Below, piece by piece: positions 1 to 12,784 of a stretch of DNA of 36,837 nt; position 1 is the stretch's first letter; every line of letters begins with the position of its first letter. The position numbers and the translations under genes were made by a program. Under the pieces are notes generated by a model. That model worked only from the letters and a program-made list of their open reading frames with translations, had not been told where the DNA came from and did not search any database. Source of the stretch: Catajapyx aquilonaris (lineage: Eukaryota); the NCBI GenBank assembly GCA_000934665.2, contig KZ539004.1, positions 1-36,837 of the forward strand, given 5' to 3'.

Positions 1-526
1 CAGGAAGAGAGAGGTACACCACAGAGTTTGCATTTAGACTTGCAAATCAGTTTTAAACACAGATCGATATTCTGGGTCATTCGATATATACGGAAGCACT
101 GAAATTACTTCCAAATTTTTTTTTGTTTGGTCCTTGGAATCGGAAGATTCCTTTTACCTCTGGAGAAATAGCAGCTGCTGAAAGAGGAGGCGGGTTTCAC
201 GCCTGTTGCCTCCGCCATTTGTAAAGTTTTTGTGCTGGAGAAAGTAAAAAAAAAAGAAAGGCGGCTGCTGGAATGGGAGAAAAAAGGAGAAGAAGGTGCC
301 TCTCGGGGGACATTATCCGGAAGACTGAGTGAAACTTGAAGAGCCTTCCAATTAAATACTGAGAATCAATCATGGCCTGTCTGGCGAAGCGACAATCTTT
401 GACTAACAGTGATTAACAATTGAAATATATATTTAGTTGAACCAAAAAAATATATTTGTTACACACGATAAGGTGTCGTATCCATGTTATGTAACATTTT
501 ACCGAGACAATTGCAAAAAAATATGG

Positions 527-593
527 ATCCGGGAAAATGATGAATCGGGGGAAACGATACAACCGAGAAAACGATACATCCGGGAACGATATA
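527..593. repeat. Short degenerate tandem array (~17-bp unit, ATCCGGGAAAACGATAC-like, 4 copies)
   Basis: Units read atccgggaaaatgatga / atcgggggaaacgatac / aaccgagaaaacgatac / atccgggaacgatat; possibly the subterminal array of a decayed DNA transposon. Confidence 0.6.
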
Positions 594-816
594 TAGACAT
601 TTTTTGGATATTTCAGTTTTTCATATTCACTAATGCAAATTAATTAAAATTTTCGCAGCCGTCCGAAAAAAAGCGGTTTAGCGATTCCCCAGTATCTAGA
701 TAATCGGCAGGTCAGAAGCAAATTGCGCGTAACGAGATCACTTATGGATCCACGTTGCATGAACCCCCACCAGCATGGGCTCCATTATCAAGCCGTTTCA
801 AATGCGCCACGAACTT

Positions 817-830
817 NNNNNNNNNNNNNN
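817..830. other. Assembly gap (14 N) abutting a poly-G run
   Basis: N run followed directly by gggggtgtgggggggggggg. Confidence 0.95.
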
Positions 831-2774
831 GGGGGTGTGGGGGGGGGGGAGGTCAATATAAGTGCAATTTCAATGGTCCTTTTGTTGCCCATGGTGGGTG
901 CTGTTATCTCCATCTTATAGCCAGTTGGCAGCATATATGGTGGTCCAGATTTTGCACAAATTTCTTTGAGTAACTCGAAAAAATTCTCAAGCGAAATATT
1001 CGCAAACTGGGCGACGATGAATATTCATTATTTTCATTTGCCTGGAATGAGTTTTTTTCGCCTTGTAATCTCCTTCTCGCAGACAAGAGCCAATTAAACC
1101 TTCTGTACACAGTCTGAGGGCATCAAAAAACTAACAATATGTACGCAATAAAGCTATTTTGACTCATTATATGCCATTACTGAATTATGGAAAAAAAATT
1201 GTACCACTCGCAGTCAGAAATTTTTCAAAACTCAATGCCACATTTTTGCGCTGTTGCTGCTTGACAGAAGACTTACAGTAATGTTAAGACAAGGTAATAA
1301 ATATATTATAACTAGCAGAAATGCAAATTGCCAATTATAACTCGGCTGCAATTATTCCCCATTTCTCTCTCTCTCGCAAATCAAGAGACGGAGAATCGCC
1401 CGTGCAGTTTCTCTAATGATCGCTTTAGTCAGTCACCATAAGTAATCCTACAAGGTATTACCATTCACAGAAAATTACTACATCCATTTCATTCCACTTT
1501 CGAGGACGCAATCTCCCAGCGACAGCCACTTGCTCTATCGAAAATTAAATCGTTGTTGGATTGTTATCCTCTGTGGATTCAAACACTCGAAAAAAGTACT
1601 TGTAAAATTTTTCATTCATTATAATATTTTTACCAGTTGGCTGGGTCAAGTGGTTATTACTTCTGGGTGGGTTCACACATGATTGGCGAATCCAAAAATG
1701 GCTAACATGGCAACGACATCGCCCAGTGTGAACCCCCCAGCCAATAGCTACAAATTTTTTCCCCCTTTTCAAACCTTACGTCCAGTTTAGCGTCTGCCAC
1801 TCATGTCATACGAGCACCCAACTAAATGAACTTTTATTACAGGTCATAAAACCCTGTTCGTTCCGGGTGCTCGCCTCTCAGGTCTTACTAACCGGTTGCA
1901 ATGAAAATTAAACCCAATGCTAGCCTTTTCGGAACTTTAACTGCTGGTCCTCCCATCCTCCCCCCAGCTTCCTACCCTCCCACCCTATTCAACCGAAACT
2001 TCTGCTCCATCCCCCGATCAAGAAATGGCTTTTCATGCACAAGGCTCCGGAAAATCGCGGCGTTGAAAAGGCACGAATGCGCCTTGGCTTTTGAATTAAA
2101 CAGACCGGAATTTTCTGAGAGAATGCAAAAAAAATAAAAAATCGGCATTTCGAGCGTAACACTAAAACACCGCAGTGCATTGTTGAAAAGTAAAAGAAAA
2201 AAATAGGGAAGTTCATTTATTTTGACAGAATCCGAATTTGGTTCGTTCGAAAAAAAAAATCCGGAACCAGCGATGGGCAAAAAATACCGCAGGATCCACC
2301 TACACGAAATTTATTCAAATGTCACTTACGGTTCTGTGGACATTTTGTGTGACTTTTTTTTGTCCTGGTCCTGGTGCCATTCAAACGATTTCGGTTTTAA
2401 CCCAGCTACTTTGTCACTAGAATGCGTACCAGCGTACCTGACGCAGGGGGGGAAAAATTACAAATCGTTACTAAAGACTGTTCATTTACGATCTGAGCCA
2501 TTGTAAATTCATTGTAATTTAATGGGGCTTGAAACAATCGGGTACGAGCTGATGACATTTATGACCAGTTTTGGGTCACGGACACGGAGTGAAATGAAAG
2601 AAAAATGAGATGGTTTTGATTCATTGGGCGTGTTGGACCATTATTGCTTAAAATGTAACGAGCCGACTCTCTGTAACGCCGTGATTTATTATTATTAATA
2701 ATATTGAACGACGCTGTAACCACGGCGCGTGTACAGTACAGTGTATAGCTAGAGGGGGGGGGGGGGGGGGAAGG

Positions 2775-2786
2775 NNNNNNNNNNNN
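2775..2786. other. Assembly gap (12 N) inside a poly-G tract
   Basis: N run flanked on both sides by long G runs. Confidence 0.95.
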
Positions 2787-3357
2787 GGGGGGGGAATGGA
2801 CTGCCGGTATTGTAGGCTCGTAATATATGCGAGGTGTATATACGGGCATACACTCCGGGGCCACTCAGGCGGTTTTAAAATTTAATTACAGGCGTTAATT
2901 TAGCTCAGTGAAATTGCACTCTACATTCTTACTCTATCTCATGATTAGATTTCCGCAATGGTACTTATTCGTTAGCAATCAGATGCTGTACACTTGTACA
3001 GTGTGATATAAAGTTACATATATGGATTGGCTTCTCTTTAAACCATCCGTAACATTTTTCCCTTACCCTGTACATTCCGCGGCCATTATTCAAAGAAAAC
3101 ACAGGAACAATAAGAGCTTGGAATATGTACAGTACGAGCCGTTGCACAAAACTCTCTTTGTTTCAAGGCACACTAACGGGTAGCAATTACCAGAGCAGAG
3201 AATGAGACGGGGGAAATTCAAGAAGACCTACGCAATTTCTCTCTCTTAGTCTTATGCAGAAAGCAGGGTTCAATTATTTAACGACTTCTCACTTTACGAC
3301 ATGAACCTAATTATAGTACCTAAACAATTTCTAACCTAATATACCTTAGGCATTGCA

Positions 3358-3380
3358 ATCATCATGATCATCATCATCAC
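3358..3380. repeat. (ATC)n microsatellite, imperfect
   Basis: atcatcatgatcatcatcatcac. Confidence 0.75.
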
Positions 3381-6171
3381 CGTTGTTGCCATCAGTTATC
3401 TGAAAGTGGGGTTATAGGTAGCCAGGACAAACATACAAATGTGTACAAACTTTCCCGTTTATTGCTATAGAGATAATTAAGGAAATTTTGCATGTGTTGT
3501 GTACATACTGGGTGGACCATAGCCTTCTTTAATTAGAACAGAGGCAGCTGTCACCACCAGACCATATCCGTGTCAAAACGGAAAACTCTTTCGCGCCGAT
3601 GATCCCCATCGCACCCGGTGCAATCAATACCGGCGATGACCGGAAAATCCGGGGGTTCTTCACTATAAAAAATAGGAAACAAAAGCTCCGGAGAGAACTA
3701 TTTTTTGGAGCACCTATCAACTTCTCGCAATGTTATATTTTTATTTCCTGCATTCGACCGGATAGAAAAATCCGGATCACGTCCTTTTGTCCGGTTGGAA
3801 GATTATGGACCCCGTATTTTTTTTGTAGGTGTATGTCCCCCCAGCATCCGGAATGTGTCGCGGGATTTTCCTCCCAAGGATTCATAGCCCTCGTTTCGCG
3901 GGCCTCAAAATCTCTGCAGGCTCAATCTAATTAGAGCTCAAAATAATGGGGCTTGATTGTTATCCGGGGCGCCATGAGGGTACCAATATAGGGCTGATTG
4001 GATGGAGAGTGTCGGTGTGCACTTTTTCTAGTTGTTTTTTATGAAAAAATTGCATACTATTTTGGCATCACATTGTTTGAAATGCGGGATTGTTTGTACC
4101 CGGATAAAATGCGTTAATGCCCGCGTTGCTCGGATTGCACGCCCGGATTTATTAAATTGTTATACAGGCCAGTGAGGCTGGACCGCAGAATCGAATTGGT
4201 CGTAATAATAGGCTCGGTTATGGTCATGTATCCGTAATTACTAAAAATTTTGGTGGGGCCGATAGTCGCTCCAACACTGATCACTTCTGCAAATAACTTA
4301 CGTAATTACTGTACAATGACTTGACATAAGTTGAAAAAGTAAGTCCATAACACCTGGGCCAAATTGATATAAAATAATGGTAATTGAAACCATATGTGTC
4401 TATCAAAATAGCAAAAGTGAAAATTGCAAAGATATAGCAAATGGTCAACCCTCAAAATAATGTCGACTTATTGAGAAGGAATTTACAAAAAAAAATGCTC
4501 CACTAATAATGATGATGATAACAGACTGTTTGACTAGCATTGTTTGCTAAACCTCACATTTAATGTACCTGACGCATTGTGTAATGTGACATGCATTCAA
4601 ATGCGGTATTACAAAGCAGTATCATGCTATCACCAGGGGTTAGAAAACAACAAGCGACTCCAAAATGGTATAATTATCATCTATCAATTACCATAAAAAC
4701 TGCCATAATATCGCATTTCTAAATTTCTGCGTCCACATGAATTTTTAAATCAAAATTTGCTATAACACTATTATCCATACGGTATATTTTATCCCAAGAA
4801 AATAGTTTCAATTTTTTCATTAAGCACTAAACAATATTATTGTCATTCATCAAAATAATTTCACAATTCTTTACCCTGACTACTTGCCTAGATTCCTTAC
4901 CATCTCACGAGTAATTAATAAAACCATACTTACTCGCTTCAGAACTAAATCCGAGGCAATTACTAGGCTAAGACCGGCAATAACTGCATAATTATTGGAC
5001 AATAACTGGTCGAGACCTGAATGAAGCTAATAAGCTTCAAGATAATCATCCCGTAAATTACTAATTCTCAGGTGAGATAATTATCTCAAGGTACTTGATA
5101 TTGACTGGATAAATTGACTTCTTGAGTACCTAACCCATCAAGAATATTTCATGAATTGATTCCGCAATAATTGAAGATATCTCAACACTGCACAAAGCAT
5201 CCGATAACTGGACAACAACTCGCTAAATATGTACATTGCCTTTTGGAGTGCTGCCTAACCCCTGCGCTAATGGCCATAAATAATTAATGAAACCGCGCTT
5301 GATCGATTCAGCCAACCGGAGGGACATCCCAACACTTTCCGATAACGCCTTATGAGAACCAGTTAACTCCCTCACAATGCCACCAATTGAAGCTTTCTTC
5401 TTCTTTCTTTCTTTTTCCCTCCTTCTTTTTACAACCGGCCGTAACCCAGTAACGATAGTCGAAGTCAGCTCCGTTTCCCTCCAGAGGCATAGAAACATGA
5501 GAGCCGCAGTCATCATGATTTAGTCAATACTCCAGAGAACTACTCTCGGAGTTGTGTGTGTTTGTATATAACCTGGAACGCCTGCGATTTTAACTCGATT
5601 TTCTCGCTTCCAGGGGGCGGTCGGTGCCGAAACTGCGTCGCACACTAATAAAAAAACGGTGGCAAAAAGAAGAGAGGGAAAAAAAACAGTTTCAGTCAGT
5701 CATGGGCCTGATTGCAATGTAGAGTGTGCTGAGCACCACTGGATTTTGTTGGCAGTGACGAAAAATGACGGCTCGTAACCCCTAACAATATGTCGCTATA
5801 AAGTAGGGCTTGGCGGTTGGAGAGACTTAAACTTGCGGATGGAGAGAGCCAATAAGTGGAAGGTAGAAAATTGCTTATTCTGTCTGTAATTTTTAGTGTA
5901 TACCCATAGTGTCCACGTAAGATGGCGCATCATTCATCTGCACACTCCTGCCACTACATTGTGCGAGCGCTACCTGTACTACCAGCTCGGACAAATAACA
6001 TACAAAAAAGACAGAGTCAATTAGTATAATTATAATATTTTACATATAATTTTCCAACAGGCCAGTCTTCAAAAATATTTTCAACTTCCAATAGCAGAGT
6101 CCTCTTCCTCCTTTTGTCTCCCTCAGCAAGCCAAGCATCATGCTTCATTCACATGCAAATGACCCAAACCT

Positions 6172-6172
<1 letters not shown>

Positions 6173-6205
<33 letters not shown>
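6173..6205. repeat. (CT)n microsatellite
   Basis: About 16 perfect CT units. Confidence 0.95.
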
Positions 6206-6207
<2 letters not shown>

Positions 6208-7270
6208 GGAGGGGTTAGAACCTCATGGCCTAACAATTCAAATCAAAATGTCCGTGGATGCCACCCCACTTTCGACCCCGCATTGTGACACTTCCGCAAA
6301 TTAAGTTTACTGGAAGGGGACCCTATCACACATCACGTAGATTACATAACTGCTGCGTATATGCCCTAGAGACAGAGTTAATAAAAGGACCATACAAAAT
6401 ATCAAACAAAAGGTGCTTTTCTACAAAACTCGTCATAAAAATGGTAACTGCTTTGTATACAAACTTAACCCTCGGTTTATAACTGATAGGCTCAATCCCT
6501 GGGTGCCTCTTCTTTTTCAGAGCTTTAGTGAGCCGCCTCTCCTAAATCTCTCTTCTCATTCCCATTCTCCAGGGAAGCGTCCTCTAGAATGTGGAAAAAA
6601 AAGGTAGACGCAAGCAGCGTGAGAAGACTAGACTCAAAAAGATGGCCCAGAGATTCTTCTTAGCCCTTAGGGCTCACCTTGTCATAAATCAGTGCATTAA
6701 AAGTCTTATACGGACCACCAAAAAAAGTGCATTTTACTAGATGGAGACCATTCCCGCAAAAGTTTGGGATCCATAAAACTATCGGATTGAAACATGCGAC
6801 CACTTTTGGAATATAATTTGGTGGCATTATCAGAAATTAACGCGAGTTAATGAATGAAATTTACACCCACAAACTTGCAACATCTTTTCCCACAATTTGG
6901 AAGAGTTGCCTGTAACTGGTTTTATAGTTCAAGAGAAAAAGTGTCTCCTGAGGCTGTCCAACTTCTACGCGGTTTTTGGGGCGTAGTTTGTTCATAACCG
7001 GACCTTCATAAACCGCTGCCAAGCTTCCGGGGAATCGACTTGAAGACCAGCCCTTTTAACACTGTCAGTGCTTAACATCCCTGTCAGGTTCCTGCTAAAC
7101 TCAGGGTAAAACTTTTAATCGCGAGGGTTAAGCCTGAGGGAGAAGACATTTTGAGCAGGCACATATCGTTGCTAAAATGTATAACAGGTGGTTGCATAGT
7201 ATTCTTTTAAAAAACCGTTAAACAGACTTATAGCTCAAAATTAATCACATTGAGTTGCACAAAAAAATAA

Positions 7271-7450
7271 TTCACACCAGTAGGCTCGGATCAGAGATTT
7301 GGCAACGTCGCAAACCCTCCAAGTGTAGCGTTGGAAATAAGTTCAGCGCTTATTTACCAGCACACACTGCACTTGCAACCAATCATTGATAATTCCAACC
7401 CTTCACTCTGCGCGAACTGTGTGCGCACTCGTTGCGCCTATTTAAAAAAA
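7271..7450 (+). mobile_element. MITE family 1, copy A (5'-truncated, right half only)
   Basis: Shares blocks gatttggcaacgtcgcaaac, gtagcgttggaaataagt, attgataattccaacc and ctgcgcgaactgtgtgcgcactcgttgcg with the copies at ~16.0, 19.2 and 35.1 kb. Confidence 0.8.
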
Positions 7451-8293
7451 ATTGTAATACACATTGATTATGCTGTTATTGTGAAGGAATAATGTAGAAC
7501 TAGCTTTGCGCAGTGCATCATATTTATAAAGTTAGCAAGTATGAGCGATTGGAGTATACCATTGGACGTAAAATTTCATCCCAACGGATTTCCGCCGTAC
7601 AAGAAAGCAAATTAAGAACCGTGGTAGTCTTGGGAGGCCTAACTGAGTTATCCTTAGTGAGACATAACCACCGCCGTAACATCCTCACATAAAACACTAA
7701 CGCACACCTTTCTAATTAGTCCCCATCCCGCATATTACACCATCTCCCCTCAGGTTTCCTCAACAAAAAAAAAATTAAAATAAAAAACCTTAACCCTACA
7801 AACCCCAGATAGAGTCCCAGCCTATGTTTCGGTAAAGCGAAAGACTCATTTCGAGATTTTAGTGTGTCATAAAGGGCGGCAAATTCCGGGTGATAACGTG
7901 ACCTCCCTAGATACTACCCACCATCAGACAACTCCATCATCCTTGTGTAACCATGCAGTTATAAACGGATAACTCTCTGCGGAAGGCACCTTGTGTGCAA
8001 CCAATTTGTCATGCGGAGGTTTCAAAGCTTGAAGCCTCAATCACCTGCCTTTAATCTCTTCAGATGAAGGTGGCCAGTGAGGTAATCACCCAATAACTTC
8101 TTATTACACCATGCATCGGACCTTAAAAAGTACAGCCCTCAGGACTAATAAAATGGAAGGGGTTGATTTAATTAAGATTTGGAACTGGTTTAGGATGCGG
8201 AGGATTTAGTGGTTGGGATGCGGATACTTGTTGCGTGTCCGGTGTAATCAGGTGGATACTGGGTCGGTCTGGAATTAGGTTAAAACCAGGTCC

Positions 8294-8630
8294 TAACAAG
8301 GGAGAAAGTTTGTAACAGTTGTATCCGGAAAATTGGGGGAAAAAATTAACTTACCAGTTTCTTCGCACCGTGATTGATAAATAAAAGAAATATATGACAC
8401 AATTGCAGCAGATAAGACACCAAACATCATTAAAAATTCTAAATTTTGGGTATTTAGACTCAGAGTTTTAAAAAATGGCAGTTTTCGAATTTCCCACCAA
8501 ATCAGCGGCACGTAAGACCTCAGTGTGCCAAGTTTCAGGACTCTCCGTACTCTGAAGGTGGGATAGGTAGCCGTGACATATGCATATAAATACCAACAAA
8601 CTTCCTGCTTTACATATGTAGGCCTAAGAT
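8294..8630 (+). mobile_element. Helentron/HINE-like non-autonomous element (decayed)
   Basis: Imperfect subterminal inverted repeats aagggagaaagtttgt (8298-8313) and acaaacttcctgctt (8596-8610), followed immediately by the perfect palindrome tacatatgta (8611-8620); internal tgtgccaagtttcag is a motif I associate with such elements. The classification is inference. Confidence 0.45.
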
Positions 8631-9783
8631 TTGCAGATGTGATATTATCTTAAGCAATATTAATGTCCTTTTGTATACCTGCACGTTGACAGCCTGGCAT
8701 AGTCATGTTATCTTAGCAACCTGAAAGCGTTTGTTCGTGCACAGTGCCACATGAAACCTCGCCCAATTCCGAGTCGTAATATTCGGTGTAATGTATGCAC
8801 AACGTCCGTGAATATAACAAGAGCTGGAGGACGATAGTCGAGAAGGAGAGAGGGTCTATAATAGTGAGGGTTGGTCCTTTGCGGATGTCCGCAGTTATTC
8901 ACGCCCGCCTATCATGCTGGCGTCTCCTTTTCCAGGGTCAACAACGACTGTATTCAAAGTGAATTTCAAGCTACCATAGAATCTAAAGCTACCAGTCGCA
9001 GCTAGTGTAACTGCTATTATTTTTCTCACGTGCCTTTTAAACTGTTTCGCTTGACTTGGCTTTCAAACGACACTTAACCGATTGGGAAGAGCCGTTCTTC
9101 AGTCATACCCGTCACATACAAAGTGGCTCCCTCCGGATTACAGGGTGGCATCGTATAAATAAAAGATGCACTCGAGTCCTCCACGATGTGCCTGCCTGTT
9201 GGGGGAAGAGGAAAGTCTGAAGGCAGCAGTTGGCAAAGCTGACTGCACAGCCTCTCAATTAGCCCATTACACGGGGCTTGGAGAAACCCCCCCAGCTTTG
9301 CCTCCGCCTTCCCGTCCATTAACAAGGCCAAGTGGACCGTCCTGTTAATTAACAGTCTCATGCTCTCTCTCTGCAAGATCCTCTCTTCTCAGGGACCATG
9401 TCGGACAGGGGGGTATACCAAGGAGGAACTTCGCAGTGGTAACGTTGCGAAATTGATTTAAGAGCCGGAGACGCTCTCCTGGACTCATTACCAGAAGAGG
9501 AGTGCGCGTGTTGGGTGCGGGGGTCAAACTTTATCGCTTGCTCAGCTCATCCCCTGTCCGAAGCGATTCATCTTAATGTCTGAAGGTACAAGAGACATGT
9601 GCTGCAATTAGCATTATGGATTACTAGACGAAACCTTGCCAAAACCTGGGGAAGATTGTCCATGTAGTACTTTATCCATCACAAAGATGGCGCACCTGCA
9701 CACTACTGATGACTCACAGCGGACAGAGGCACAGACTCAAGCCAATCTTTCATATAAATCGGAATGTTTGTTTGCTTGTTTGA

Positions 9784-10133
9784 TACCTTAGAGAGCCTAG
9801 AGGAAGAGAGTCGCCAACTTGAGACGTCACGTCGTCTCTGATTGGCTGGAGTAATCACGGACTGTTTACATACCCTATGGAGGCCGCCATGGAAAAAGTG
9901 GCCGGCTCTGACGTCACGATCGACTCCCATTGGCTGGAGTAGTACAGACCTTATGGCTCCAGCCAATCGGAGTCGACCGTGAAGTCAAAGCCAGCCACTT
10001 TTTCCATAGAAACGCAAGATGACGGCCTCCGTAGGACACGTAAACAGTCCGCAATTACTTATGCCAATCAGAGACGACGATGCGACGCGACGTCACAAGT
10101 TGGCGACTATTTTCCTGGAGCCTCTCCAGGCTA
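9784..10133. mobile_element. Palindromic MITE (family 2), ~350 bp
   Basis: Arms pair across nearly the whole length: agtcgccaactt/aagttggcgact, tcgtctctgattggc/gccaatcagagacga, cggactgtttac/gtaaacagtccg, atggaaaaagtggc/gccactttttccat, attggctggag/ctccagccaat; short loop near 9941-9955; right end ...ccaggcta. Confidence 0.85.
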
Positions 10134-10234
10134 CTTAACACACTTTCAGATTACTGGTAGTTGACACTCTGATGGCTTATATTGCGCTGATTGAAAGAAA
10201 AGTTTGAAAACTACACTTTTTTGAGTGTAAATGT

Positions 10235-10324
10235 TTAAAATGTATGATTTTTTCTAGTCTTATACGCATGATAATAATAATAATTATCGTGCGTATAAAA
10301 CAAGAAAAAAATAATACATTTTAA
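10235..10324. repeat. ~90-bp AT-rich inverted repeat (hairpin)
   Basis: ttaaaatgtatgattttttctagtcttatacgcatgataat pairs with attatcgtgcgtataaaacaagaaaaaaataatacattttaa around an (AAT)n loop, with a few mismatches. Confidence 0.85.
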
Positions 10325-12765
10325 GTTCTGGGTAGGTTGTTTGTTCTGGGTAGGTTCTAGGTTGAATCCAAATTGGTGAAACAGATGACTAACCAGCTTT
10401 TAACCAACCACCATTCTGATTGATTCAGGTTCGATTGTGATGCGGACAGCTATTGGCCTCATCCAGGCGCATCCGAATCGGAAATCCGCAACGATTGGCC
10501 GCACTCTGACCGCTTCCATCACCACCCATTTCTAATTGGTCCAGCTCGGTTGCGTCCGAATGTCTAACCGCATCCATCAGCATAAAGGTTGACCCTACCA
10601 TCAATCTTCATGTCCTAAACTGCCCAATTCCAGGACCAGAAACTGCGTCAGACGCCCTGAAGTGACCACCTGCTTTCCACCATCTTTCAATCAGTCCTCA
10701 AAGCATTACCACCGGCCCATTAGCTCCTTTTTCCTCCTATGCAAAAGTTTCAGAGAACAATAAAAACCGACAGTTTTTCTTCGGCTTCCAAAAAAAAAGA
10801 GAAGGATTTAGGAGAAGACTGGGTAGTGTAAAAACCGCTCGGTGTTCCAGGAATGAAAAATGAGTCCCCCCATGCCTATTGGATTCCCTCCGAATAGTGA
10901 TCATACATCAAACAGACGGCGGTGCGAATCAAAGCATTCATCTCCCCAACCCCAACTCTACTCTGAATCAAATACACCCTCCCCTGCAGAGGCGATTTCC
11001 AAGAGTAGAGATGGCGTTGGCAAAACAGGAATAATAATTATTGCTCGTTACGGGGCGTGGTTTATTAGGAGCCCACTTCCATTCGGTATATCAAAAGCAC
11101 GATATAGCTCAGGGAAAGTGTGTGCCTCTAAATTATTGCGGATTATTAATGGATCTGTGGTGTCAGCGGCGTTGCTTTATACACAGTTTTTTTTTGATAC
11201 AGGCGTCATTAAATAGATGTCATGCACAGAGACGTGACGTCAAAGGTAGGGGATTGTGTTTGGCTACAAAACGCACCAGAACTTGATTCGTTATTAAACT
11301 GTTGTTAAAATGTTGTAATTCGCACTTGGACCCAGTCAAAGTACGAACATATTAAAATGAGTCATTTCGTGCAGCTATAGAATTTTGGACGAAAGCAGCT
11401 TGCGCCCTCTACACATTTTCTTCCCAACTTATTTCACAAAACATCGTCTACAGTAATTACACTATAGAGGTCATCACGGTGAAATTCGGTTACTACTGTA
11501 TCGTTAGTGGATGTAACCACTAGATTGCTTCAACTTCTTCCACCGCACATTGTATAAGATGAAAGTGATGAGTTTCATTCCGGAAAGCGAATCCTGCCCA
11601 TCTAGCGTGCAGGTCTCAAGAGACAGAGAGAGGGGGGGAAAAAATGGACCGCGATCGAGATTGGTCCAGACTGATTTTAGGGTCAACACCGGGTTCTAGC
11701 GAAGTGGGTTGACATAGGACGTTATCTGGAAGGGCACGCGTAAACTAGGACGGGGGTAGGTTTTGGTAGCTGGGAAAAGAAGAATGAAGCCAGTCACTGG
11801 AAGGTGATAAGGTGATGTACCGAGTGAGGGTCGGGTGTCAAGTGCGGGAGTGACCTGGGAGCAAATTTAATTTAGAGAAGATTGAAGGTGCCTGCAGCGG
11901 TGGGTTACTTTGGCGTTATCAATGGCTTGGACACATTTAAACTTTTTTGACTAATTTCGGTAATTTGACGTCACTCGATGCTGTACATCCAAACGCCTGC
12001 TGACTAGACGTCCCGTTGAACAGTCCTGCCATTTGGGTTGCTCTGGAGAGTAAGGATAATGTCTTCTCTCCAACTAGTAGGCTACTATTAAGGGGGTCAA
12101 ATTGTTTTGGCCACTTTATCCTGGTCTTGAACCAACCCTTCCCTTCACACACACACACCTCCTCACCGTGGGGCCTGTGCGAAGGGTTGCTTCAAGACAA
12201 GGATAAACAATTTGAGCCCCATAGTACATTTTGCCAGTTTCCGCACACTATACCGACAATGCGTGCATCCAGCGTAAATTAGGTGCCAAAAATGGCCGGA
12301 ACGAAATGGCCCTAGAAGAGAAAATAACTGGTTTGATGACCATCCCAATCAGCGCAAAACCTGGTGCACGTCATCACTCTTTAGTAGTTCTTCTGCTAGA
12401 AGATACGGCGATTTTTACGAGCTAATAGCCCCCGGTGTCATCATCCCAGTCCATCGCATGAGTGTGAGGCTACTCCGGGTGCCAAATCGTATTCAGACCC
12501 GGGATTAACCACACTTTAAGCATAATGCCCGGGATATTGACTTTTCAAGCCTCTTAAACCCGCCATTGTGCAGGAATTGGGAGCAGTAATTAACTGGAAT
12601 TAACTAGTTCCATTTCATTTGATTACCAGGTGAACTGCGGAATCTAGTCTGAACTCATCTCGCCAAACGAGGGAATGGGGGGTGGGGGGTTCAGAATAAA
12701 AAGTAGGCTCTTTTCGCTGGCACTACAATTAGCGCCTGACAAAATTAAAATTTTTGGTTGGACTA

Positions 12766-12784
12766 TGTGTGTGTGTGTGTGTGT
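12766..12784. repeat. (TG)n microsatellite
   Basis: About 9 TG units. Confidence 0.9.

Noticed and set aside
2549..2600. Hammerhead core CTGATGA (also at ~9706, ~31567, and CTGAGGA in the SINE)
   Set aside because: No properly closed stem II followed by GAAA, and no stems I/III with an NUH site
3065..3085. miR-10-like start (taccctgta)
   Set aside because: Only the first 9 nt match, and there is no convincing precursor hairpin
11504..11689. Peptide VRWKKLK resembling a homeodomain C-terminus
   Set aside because: No WFQNRR or other helix-3 residues upstream
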